Positions 10,786-18,696 are shown, counted from the first letter of the stretch. The stretch: 64,000 nt of DNA from Candidatus Bathyarchaeia archaeon (GCA_038727135.1 JAVYWL010000001.1:544001-608000), one strand, 5' to 3'. Made by a program: numbers and translations. Notes: a model not told the origin generated them from the letters alone.

Positions 10786-10978
10786 GGATTTGGAGATTGA
10801 GACTTTGAGTGGGGATTTAAGGTCGGATGTAAAGGCTATGTTGAGGCAGATAGGCTACTCCGAAAAAGCGGTTGAGGAAATATTGAAATGGTATGAAAGT
10901 GGTGGTTTGCAGGCGGAAGGGGTTGGTGAAAGGAGTTTACGTTCTGGCAATATCAGTCAGCAAAAACATAAACGTTAA
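10757..10978 (+). CDS. Small hypothetical protein (start uncertain)
   Basis: Fills the gap between genes; helical MLRQIGYSEKAVEEILKWY segment; overlaps both neighbours. Confidence 0.35.
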   Translation: MRTSTCTSDKDLEIETLSGDLRSDVKAMLRQIGYSEKAVEEILKWYESGGLQAEGVGERSLRSGNISQQKHKR

Positions 10979-11345
10979 GGTCTGTTCGCGAAAGAATTTT
11001 TTCTTAGAAAAGGGCTTTTACGCTTATGTGGGTTCTGGTCAAAAAAGCCTCGAAAAACGTCTTATAAGGCACTTTAGCAAGACAGGTAAAAAGCGCTTTT
11101 GGCATATAGACCACCTCCTCGCCATAAACGGCGTAAGTGTTGTAAAGGCTTTTTACAAGGAGGCTGCAAAACAAGAAGAGTGCAGAACTGCGCTAAGCCT
11201 TAGCGGTGTTGCTTTTTCAATTGATGGATTTGGTTGTTCTGATTGTAAGTGTGAAAGTCACCTCTTCCGTTTTGAAAGCTTAAGCCTCTTAGAGAATGCT
11301 TGTCTAAAGTTGGGTTTTAAGCTTTTCACCCTATCTTGCCAGTGA
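10893..11345 (+). CDS. DUF123/Uri GIY-YIG family endonuclease
   Basis: KGVYVL, GFYAYVGS, WHIDHLL, GFGCSDCKCESHL. Confidence 0.88.
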   Translation: MKVVVCRRKGLVKGVYVLAISVSKNINVKVCSRKNFFLEKGFYAYVGSGQKSLEKRLIRHFSKTGKKRFWHIDHLLAINGVSVVKAFYKEAAKQEECRTALSLSGVAFSIDGFGCSDCKCESHLFRFESLSLLENACLKLGFKLFTLSCQ

Positions 11346-12107
11346 ATCGCCATATTGGGAGACGTCTGTTTTTTGGAGGATTTCCCTTCTCTTAACAACT
11401 TCTTCAAAGCTCATGTAGTCTCCGCCGACGATTTTCAGTTTAGCTTCAACCTTCTTATTTTTGACTTCTATAACGTTGTAGGAGTTGAGGAAGAAGCCCC
11501 TCAGCCTTTCACATGAGACGCTTCCAGCGTGAACCACCTGCATGTCTTCTATTCGCCACCTCCACGGTCTGTGGCGGTGCCCGCACAAGACTAAATCCGC
11601 CCTAGCCTTCACAAGACTTCTAAGGACGTCGCCAGCATCCACTATTGTGATTTGGTCTGCACCTGTGTCTGGAACTGGGATTATGTGGTGGTGTATTGCC
11701 ACAATTTTCACTCGGTCCTTATAATTTTCTAGGGTGTTCTCTAACCAAAGGTTTTGCCTATGACCCACTTCGCCGTCATCCCTGTCGGGGCGGGCGCTGC
11801 TCAGCACAATTATTACGGCGTCGTCGACCTCTGTTATTTGGTTGAAGGGGAAGAACTGTTTGAAAAGCAAATAACCCGTGGAACGGTAATCGTGATTGCC
11901 ACTTATGTAAATGACATTTTTGGCTTTCAAACGCTTAAACTCGTCTGCAGCCATCTTGAACTCGGATAATATGCCGTTTTCCGTTATGTCGCCAGTTATC
12001 ACCACGGCATCAGGCGACAAAGCGTTAATCTCGTCCATGGCGGTGCGGAAAATCACATAATTAAACATCGGTCCACAGTGAACATCCGAAATCTGAACAA
12101 TTAACAT
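11331..12107 (-). CDS. Calcineurin-like metallophosphoesterase
   Basis: SDVH, TGD, GNHD, HHH, GHRH. Confidence 0.9.
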   Translation of the reverse strand: MLIVQISDVHCGPMFNYVIFRTAMDEINALSPDAVVITGDITENGILSEFKMAADEFKRLKAKNVIYISGNHDYRSTGYLLFKQFFPFNQITEVDDAVIIVLSSARPDRDDGEVGHRQNLWLENTLENYKDRVKIVAIHHHIIPVPDTGADQITIVDAGDVLRSLVKARADLVLCGHRHRPWRWRIEDMQVVHAGSVSCERLRGFFLNSYNVIEVKNKKVEAKLKIVGGDYMSFEEVVKRREILQKTDVSQYGDSLAR

Positions 12108-12190
12108 GGCGTTTCGCCTTTCAAACCATGCAGAACAGCAACCAAAATAAATGTTGTGGAAATTAGAATATTCGGGCATTAAACGAAAAC

Positions 12191-12239
12191 ATGCTTGAAG
12201 AGCGTACCAAAATGAGCGAGGGTTGGTGTGTCTGGGTTA
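12191..12239 (+). pseudogene. Stranded original 5' end of the APS-kinase-like gene, (MLEERTK)MSEGWCVWV
   Basis: Encodes the same EGWCVWV as the N-terminus of 16986..17537; host-like composition upstream. Confidence 0.85.
12218..12239 (+). repeat. attL core GAGGGTTGGTGTGTCTGGGTTA
   Basis: Identical to 16992..17013. Confidence 0.95.
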
Positions 12240-12291
12240 GGATACCACTATTATTATTGTCATTAGTAGTGTTATTACTTATATTTTCCAT
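12218..12291 (-). other. Putative int(N) fragment of split integrase (MENISNNTTNDNNNSGILTQTHQP)
   Basis: ATG at 12291 preceded by GAGGG; in frame with int(C) across the att core when ends are joined. Confidence 0.7.
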
Positions 12292-12408
12292 CTTATTCCC
12301 TCAAATCTTATGTAGAGTAGAATAATTATTAAATTTTGTTAAAACTTATTTTTTAAGGGTATTTAAATAGGAGTAGAGATAAGAATAATATTGACCTCTA
12401 TGAGTAGA
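12292..12408. promoter_or_regulatory. Divergent promoter region of the element
   Basis: Palindromic TATTTAAATA at 12360-12369; GAGTAGA at 12315, 12371 and 12402. Confidence 0.5.
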
Positions 12409-12645
12409 AAAGTAAAATTGTATGAGAGAGTGGAGCCTCCCCAAATTGTAAGACCCAGAAGAGTGGCAGAGTATGATGAACTTATTAAATCCATTGAAAG
12501 TGAACCAAAGGGATGGTATAAGGTGACAATTCCTAACAGAAAGCCTTCCACAATCTTTGTGGCTCTAGCTAAAAAACTCAGAGGTAGAAGAGACCTTAAA
12601 CTCCATTTCATAAACAAAACAGTATACATTGAAAAAATAGAATAG
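12400..12645 (+). CDS. Small basic hypothetical protein, possibly DNA-binding
   Basis: 81-aa K/R-rich ORF divergent from int(N). Confidence 0.7.
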   Translation: MSRKVKLYERVEPPQIVRPRRVAEYDELIKSIESEPKGWYKVTIPNRKPSTIFVALAKKLRGRRDLKLHFINKTVYIEKIE

Positions 12646-12773
12646 ATTCCTCTAATCTATATATATTAAGAGTTAAATCTAAGACAATTCCAAGTTCTAA
12701 ATAGTTACAGTACAATATAACAGTAAGGTTTAAAAGCCACTATACTACTTCTTGTACTACTTGGTGATAGGGT

Positions 12774-13531
12774 ATGTCTGATTCAAATATATTGTACCAT
12801 AAATCAAGAGATTGCATTATTGCCTCTAACTTTATTGAAGACCTTCCAATGAATTTGTCTGACTTAGAACAAAGAGCTATAGTAATATCAGCATTGGAAA
12901 AGCTAAAACAAAGTTTGAAAAATACTGATGTAATAACAGACATAGATATTCAGACTATTAGGCTTTATTGTTCTAAAATATTGGATTTAATAGATTATTT
13001 AGAAAAACAAAATAGTGAAAGCTATACGAAACTTATCAAATATCTAAAGGATACATTGAACATTTTAGAAGAATATATAAGAAGCTATTACCATAAGGTG
13101 GAAGCACTCCCAGAATATTCTAGATATGAAAAAGAGTACTGGGGAAGATATTTTACTGACAAGGATTATTATCCACCTTCTTATTATTACTGGAACAAAT
13201 ACACATCTAAAAGTAAACCCATCTTTAAATATATTGATAGAATTACTGGTAAATTAGAATTGACTGAAGAGGCTAAAGATGCAATATTCAGGGAAATAAC
13301 TGTACCTGACAGTAGAAAATACATTTGGGACAGACCTGAAATGACATTTGAGGAATTGATGCAGTATACTTTGGAAAAGTTACAAGAAAGACCAATGAGC
13401 TTAGGTCTAAAAGATTAGAACTTGAGGCTAAAGAACAACAAGAATTATCCCAAGACCCTTTACATGAAAAGATGGAATTTCTACTAAATGTTTGGTTACC
13501 TTGGGAGAAAAAGAGAATGGAGGAACAGTAA
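12774..13531 (+). CDS. Hypothetical helical, Tyr-rich protein with apparent -1 frameshift near 13352-13415
   Basis: SD GGTGA; ORF stops at 13418 but the -1 frame continues KTNELRSKRLELEAKEQQEL...RMEEQ to TAA 13531, abutting the next ATG. Confidence 0.65.
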
Positions 13532-13532
13532 A

Positions 13533-13817
13533 ATGTCTAGGGAAATAGAACACATTAGTCTCCTACAGTTATTAAGTCACAATCCCTTAACACTAGGAGA
13601 GTTAGCTAAGCTAACTTGTGTTAATTCTGAAGCTAAACTCAATGTAATCCTAAACAAACTTGTCAAAAGAGGCTTTCTTGTAAAGTCTAAGACTATAGAT
13701 AATAGGAATCAATATATTATTACTTCTAGAGGATTGCTCTATTTATTCTACAAAATTATGGATAGGAAATTAAAAGAAGGTGATACCTATGTCACAGAAT
13801 CTAGAACAAACCCTTAA
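13533..13817 (+). CDS. Winged-helix (MarR/ArsR-like) DNA-binding protein
   Basis: PLTLGELAKL...LNKLVKRGFL...YIITSRG; SD GGAGG. Confidence 0.8.
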   Translation: MSREIEHISLLQLLSHNPLTLGELAKLTCVNSEAKLNVILNKLVKRGFLVKSKTIDNRNQYIITSRGLLYLFYKIMDRKLKEGDTYVTESRTNP

Positions 13818-14169
13818 ATCTCTAGAGGAAAGGATTAAAGAATTGGAGACTAAGTTTAAGGCTTTATCCTCTATCTTAGGTGAATATGTTGCACAACTAC
13901 AAGTTCTAGAGGAATCTCTAGTTAATACTAGAAATATTAAGAACACTATGACATTAGAAAAGAACAGTCTAGATTCCTATGCATATGATACTCAAGGAAC
14001 AACACCTAGAGAAAGACACATTGAACCTTCTATTCCACTATCTTCTCTAGCATTTGCTACTATTGAAGACTATGAAACTCCTACAGATGAATTGAAAAGA
14101 AAAATAGCTAATGTAGCAGAGCTTATAATAAAGACTGGTAACAAACTAGACTACATAAGTGCAAGATGA
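13789..14169 (+). CDS. Coiled-coil hypothetical protein
   Basis: Heptads LEQTLKSLEERIKELETKF; SD AAGGTGA. Confidence 0.7.
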   Translation: MSQNLEQTLKSLEERIKELETKFKALSSILGEYVAQLQVLEESLVNTRNIKNTMTLEKNSLDSYAYDTQGTTPRERHIEPSIPLSSLAFATIEDYETPTDELKRKIANVAELIIKTGNKLDYISAR

Positions 14170-14215
14170 CAAAAATAGGGGGACTTCATCTTGTCCCCAT
14201 ATCAAGGTGGTGCCT

Positions 14216-14881
14216 ATGTCCCAACAAGTTAAATATGATGGAATGACTTTATTAAGATTTCCAGAACCTAAAAGAGATTATTGCTACAATGTTGGTAGAC
14301 TTAAAGAAGTGTTGGTTTCAGATTTGTCTGATGATATTCTCAATGATTTAGCAGAATTGCACTTTACATTGAAAGATAAGAATGCTGATGTTGTCTATAC
14401 AAAGACTAATTTAGCTCTTGAAGTTATGAATGTCTATAAACCTATACTGGATTATACTAGAATTAGAAGAATAAAGTCTAATCTTAAAGGATATAAATAC
14501 AAAGGCATCATAGTCTCAAGAATGTCTAAAGCCATGAAAAGAAGACTAAAAGGCATTCCTATCTTAGAACTTGGTTTCCAATTGCTTCCTTCTCATTATA
14601 TTTCCTTCTATAGTAGTAGACATTCCACTAAATATAGAAAATTTGTTAATAAGAGGACTATTAAGTATCTAGTTAACTGCCTATATTCTTTCTTTTTGAA
14701 GATTGGAGCTATTAAAAAGACTGTTTCCTCTAATAAGCCTAAATCTAGTTATGTAAATTCTATAGTAAATTCAAGGTTTAGTTTTAGGATAGACAATGTT
14801 AGGGATATTGTTGAAGACTTTTTGGAATATGTTTATCCATGGTTTTTAGAGGAGAGGGTAGGGTGGTTGTATGAAGGTTAG
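14216..14881 (+). CDS. Putative PD-(D/E)xK nuclease-fold protein
   Basis: GRLKE ... ADVV ... ALEVMN ... KGIIVS spacing; SD AAGGTGG; function inferred by eye. Confidence 0.5.
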   Translation: MSQQVKYDGMTLLRFPEPKRDYCYNVGRLKEVLVSDLSDDILNDLAELHFTLKDKNADVVYTKTNLALEVMNVYKPILDYTRIRRIKSNLKGYKYKGIIVSRMSKAMKRRLKGIPILELGFQLLPSHYISFYSSRHSTKYRKFVNKRTIKYLVNCLYSFFLKIGAIKKTVSSNKPKSSYVNSIVNSRFSFRIDNVRDIVEDFLEYVYPWFLEERVGWLYEG

Positions 14882-15223
14882 CAGAGTAGCCTAGTTGAAT
14901 TCTTCAATGTACCAGTGGTAACTCTAAAAGATATCAAACAAGACCCTAAAATAGAATTTAATTGTTACTGCTGCACTAAGTCTAGATACTGTAGCAAATT
15001 CCAAGACTTTCTTGTTCTAAGAGAGAAGCTAAAAGGAATGAAACAATTAGCTTTGGATAGCAATATAATCAAAGCAAAAGAGGACTATAAACACTTGTTA
15101 AGGGAACTAAAGAAGGTAAGAAGTCTAATATGGAAATGTACAAGAAGAAGAACCTTTCTATTTGGACTAGGCTACAAGACATTTAGAATAGGTGGTATAG
15201 ATGAAAGAAGATGTAGAAGTTAA
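14871..15223 (+). CDS. Cys-rich basic protein with upstream in-frame PIP box; start disrupted or recoded
   Basis: CYCC-x5-C; QSSLVEFF encoded at 14882-14905 in frame; ATG 14871 is one base out of frame. Confidence 0.55.
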
Positions 15224-15533
15224 AACTGTTACTAAAGGAGTGATAGCAGGATTTACTAAATCCATAAATAGGATTAACAGATTAATAACTAAGAATCCTA
15301 AAAAGAGGAGTTTGATAAGAAGGTTAGAGAGAATTGGTAAATGCAATAATTGTAGTAGACCCTTTCAATTGGGTGAACAGTTCATACAAGTAGGACACAA
15401 TAAGTATCACTTAGAATGCTACAATAAAGCATTTCTAGAAGTACCTGATGACTTTACTCCAGAAGAGACATATTTTATAGAATATGGTACTATTCCATCT
15501 TATATAGTAAATACAGACAGTAAACACACATAA
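15201..15533 (+). CDS. Zinc-finger protein (C-x2-C-x18-H-x2-C, LIM-like)
   Basis: CNNCSRPFQLGEQFIQVGHNKYHLEC; SD AGGTGG. Confidence 0.7.
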   Translation: MKEDVEVKTVTKGVIAGFTKSINRINRLITKNPKKRSLIRRLERIGKCNNCSRPFQLGEQFIQVGHNKYHLECYNKAFLEVPDDFTPEETYFIEYGTIPSYIVNTDSKHT

Positions 15534-15548
15534 TGTAATAGAGTCAAA

Positions 15549-15593
15549 CCCTCTCCTCTTTTTCTCTTCTCTTTTTACTTTTGTTTCCTTTTG
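15549..15593 (+). terminator. Pyrimidine/T-rich terminator of the element operon
   Basis: Several T-runs directly after the last + strand ORF. Confidence 0.55.
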
Positions 15594-15602
15594 ACCATAA
15601 CC

Positions 15603-15910
15603 AAACCATAGGTTAGAACATAGACAGAGCCTATCTATGGAGATTTTTGTCAGTTCTTTTATAGGGTCTTGAAAAACTCCATTACTTATTTAGGATATAT
15701 CTAGACTAATCTAGAAACATAAAGAATAAAGAAAGACAAAAGGAAAAGCCAAAAGAAAACATAGACAAGACTCAAATTCTTTGTTTTTAAAGCACATTTT
15801 TATCTCTTATAGATTAGTGTAAGTGTATAGATAACACACATTTAACATTCAAAATAGAACATAGTGGAAGTGTGTTAAGGACATAGCCATTTAAGCCTAA
15901 CCTATGGTTT
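15603..15910. repeat. Non-coding block bounded by 14-bp inverted repeat AAACCATAGGTTAG, with internal hairpins
   Basis: 15603-15616 is the reverse complement of 15897-15910. Confidence 0.75.
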
Positions 15911-16084
15911 ATATCACACATTAAAAGGTCTATTTTGTATTGACTTGGATTCTAGACAAATTGAATTAGACAAATTAGACCTTAAACATGCCTTAATCTG
16001 GATTCTAAATAGGTGATTGGACCTAAACAAGGTGAAATATATTCGAATTGTATAGAATGTAGAAAAATAGAGGATATGGAAAAG

Positions 16085-17013
16085 CTATTTCCTTTTCCTA
16101 AAGAGCATTATGTTATCAAAGGTTGTAACATAGTCATAGCCTTGTTCTATCAGACTTTTAGCTTCCTCTATTGTTTTAGCTACTGAACATACCCATTCAT
16201 TCTCATTGAAATTGACAAGGTGTGTGTAGATGAGAGTGTTTTGAATGGAGACATGACCTAGAATTTCTTTAACATACAAGATGTCTCTGGTTTTGTAGTA
16301 GGTCATAGTAGCTTTAAAATGTCTAAGACTTCTTAGAGTAATCATGTTTATTCTTGGATTTCCAAGTTTCTCAGCTATTTGTTTCCTTTTCAGTCTTAAT
16401 CTATCAGCAAAGTCTTCTAGTTTACTCTTATCATTATGTTTGAAGATGTAGATACTTACTCTAGGCAATTGATTCAACATAGCAATTGTCTGATTGGAAA
16501 CTTTAACTATCCTAGCCCTACTACCCTTAGCTGGATTATTAATTATTATAGTGTTGTTCTCAGTATTAACATCAGACCATTTAAGATTCCAAGCTTCTAT
16601 TGGTCTAGCTCCAGTATCCTTGATTACCTGACAGAAGGCAGCATACTTTAGACTTAAGCCTCCAATTAGAGCATTGATTTCACTTTCTAATGGTACAAAT
16701 GGAAGTCTATTGGTTCTCTTGTACTTTGGCTTTTCAAAGTTTATCCCTAGATATTGACAGTACAGAGCATAAGCATCTACAAGCTTCTTCTTGTAACTGT
16801 CAAGGTTCTTATTGGATATGAAAGCCTTAACCTCTTCAACATTGTTCAAGTCTACATGTTTACCTAAGTGTTTCAGAGCATAACCAATGGTTCTTAAAGT
16901 TGATTCCTTGTAGCCCTTGTTCTTAAGGTCAATGAGTAGGTTTATGATATTCTGGTTTTGTTGTTTAGAGAGTGGGTAACTCATTATGGTTGAGGGTTGG
17001 TGTGTCTGGGTTA
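16085..17013 (-). CDS. int: Tyrosine recombinase/integrase, int(C) portion; internal ATG at 16984
   Basis: TGARPIE (R), AKGS (K), RSLRH, LGH, LIYTHL (Y). Confidence 0.95.
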
Positions 17014-17537
17014 CAGGGTTGCCGGGGAGCGGCAAGTCTGTTGTAGCGGAGACGCTTATCAAGTTTTTGCTTCAAAGGGGCATCCGCGCTCAACTTTTGT
17101 CTTCTGACGCTTTGCGTAAGGTTTTGACTCCTAAGCCAACATACTCGCTTGAGGAACGCGACATAGTTTACGCAACTCTTGTCTACATCGCTAAATTGCT
17201 AACGCAGAACGGTGTAAATGTTGTTATTGATGCCACTGGCAATTTGAGGCGTTATAGGGATAATGCCCGAAACCAAATCCAAAAGTTCATGGAAGCCTAC
17301 CTAGAATGCCCGCTTGAAATCTGCATTGAACGCGAATCCCGGAGGGCTGATACCCGCCAAGCGCCAAAACAAATCTATAAAAGAGCCTTGAAAGGCGAGG
17401 CGCCCACAGTACCCGGTGTTGGACAACCCTACGAGCCCCCACTGAACCCGGAAATAACAGTGAATACCGCCGAGTGCACGCCGGAGCAAGCAGCCCATAA
17501 AATACTTGAGGTTATTATTGGCAAGTGGTACGCCTAA
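16986..17537 (+). CDS. Adenylylsulfate-kinase-like P-loop kinase (start codon supplied by the element)
   Basis: WVTGLPGSGKS, D-LRK-L, YLECPLEIC, PGV-QPYEPPLNPE. Confidence 0.88.
   Translation: MVEGWCVWVTGLPGSGKSVVAETLIKFLLQRGIRAQLLSSDALRKVLTPKPTYSLEERDIVYATLVYIAKLLTQNGVNVVIDATGNLRRYRDNARNQIQKFMEAYLECPLEICIERESRRADTRQAPKQIYKRALKGEAPTVPGVGQPYEPPLNPEITVNTAECTPEQAAHKILEVIIGKWYA
16992..17013 (+). repeat. attR core
   Basis: Identical to 12218..12239. Confidence 0.95.
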
Positions 17538-17557
17538 AAGTATAGAGGGGGGGGCTA

Positions 17558-17592
17558 TCAATTTTGCAGTAGCTGGCGCTGAGCAAAATTGA
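17558..17592. other. Intergenic hairpin (10-bp stem), possible terminator
   Basis: TCAATTTTGC ... GCAAAATTGA. Confidence 0.45.
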
Positions 17593-17682
17593 CATGGCGT
17601 ATCCACGTTTATAGTGTGAGTAGAAATGGTAATGTTTATAACCTAAATGTCTCATTCCTAGAAGACGCGAAGCGGGGAAACA

Positions 17683-18696
17683 ATGGGTCACCGGAAACAG
17701 CACGGTCCAAAACGCGGTTCGCTTGCCTATTTGCCTAGGAAACGGGCTAAAAGCCTTTTGGCTAGAATACGCTATTGGCCAAAAATTGAGGCCGAAACGC
17801 CTAGGCTTCTTGGTTTTGTTGGTTATAAGGCTGGCATGACCTACGCCATGGTGATTGAAGATCGGAAGCGTTCCCCAAACGTTGGGAAGGAGGTAATCCG
17901 CCCAGTCACTGTTTTGGAAACTCCGCCCCTTCTTATTTGTGCCATAAGAGCCTATAAGAAAACGCCTTATGGACTGCAAACTTTTTGTGAAGCTTGGATG
18001 GAAAAACCGCCCGAAGGGCTTGATAGAGTTTTAACCCTTCCTGAAAAATTTAACACCGAAGAGAATTTGAAAAAAATTGAGGCTAATTTAGACAAAATCT
18101 CAAACATTCGCGTAATAGCCATAACCCAACCCAAGCAAACAAGCGTGCCGAAGAAAAAGCCAGACGTAGCCGAAATAGAGATAGGTGGAGGAACAATTCA
18201 GCAACAATTTGAATACGCAAAAAGTCTGTTAGGAAAAACCGTGAACCCCTCTGACGTTTTCAAGGAAGGGCAACACGTAGACGTAATAGCCGTCACAACC
18301 GGAAAAGGTTTTCAAGGACCGGTAAAACGTTGGGGAGTAGCCATCCTCCAACACAAGGGTAGGAAAACAAAGCGGGGAGTCGCCACCCTTGGTCCATGGA
18401 ACCCCCACCGTGTGCTGTACACTGTCCCACGCGCCGGGCAAATGGGCTTCCATCAAAGAACAGAATATAACAAGCGGATTTTGAAGATAGGCAAAGATGG
18501 CAAAGAAGTAACACCGAAAGGCGGCTTCATACGTTACGGCATCGTCCGCGGACCCTACATGCTCATAGAGGGAAGCATACCGGGACCGGAAAAGCGTCCA
18601 ATTAAACTGCGTTATCCGGCTCGTCCGCCAAAGGAAGCCCCAGAAGAGCCCCCACAGATAACGTATCTATCCTTAGAGTCTCCGCAGGGCAAGTAG
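17683..18696 (+). CDS. rpl3: 50S ribosomal protein L3
   Basis: RGSLAYLPRKR, GYKAGMT, GKGFQGPVKRWG. Confidence 0.98.
   Translation: MGHRKQHGPKRGSLAYLPRKRAKSLLARIRYWPKIEAETPRLLGFVGYKAGMTYAMVIEDRKRSPNVGKEVIRPVTVLETPPLLICAIRAYKKTPYGLQTFCEAWMEKPPEGLDRVLTLPEKFNTEENLKKIEANLDKISNIRVIAITQPKQTSVPKKKPDVAEIEIGGGTIQQQFEYAKSLLGKTVNPSDVFKEGQHVDVIAVTTGKGFQGPVKRWGVAILQHKGRKTKRGVATLGPWNPHRVLYTVPRAGQMGFHQRTEYNKRILKIGKDGKEVTPKGGFIRYGIVRGPYMLIEGSIPGPEKRPIKLRYPARPPKEAPEEPPQITYLSLESPQGK

Larger units (their letters stand above)
12218..17013. mobile_element. 4,774-bp integrated element with tyrosine integrase, inserted in the 5' end of an APS-kinase-like gene
   Basis: Perfect 22-bp direct repeats at both ends, sharp AT-rich and CpG-poor composition shift, terminal integrase. 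Confidence 0.95.

Noticed and set aside
12212-12325. Hydrophobic chimeric peptide MSEGWCVWVRIPLLLLSLVVLLLIFSILFPQILCRVE created at attL
   Set aside because: Most simply the antisense of the AAT-rich int(N); no independent support for a membrane peptide.
13488-13532. Longer start for the wHTH ORF
   Set aside because: ATG 13533 has a GGAGG SD and follows the stop of the frameshifted upstream gene.
17014-17062. ORF-track N-terminus of the integrase (MISVSATTDLPLPGNP)
   Set aside because: Lies outside attR, antisense to the kinase Walker A; host sequence rather than element.
17515-17979. 154-aa minus-strand ORF and other long antisense ORFs (5850-6458, 18846-19472, 56224-56889)
   Set aside because: Shadows of well-supported genes on the other strand; no motifs.
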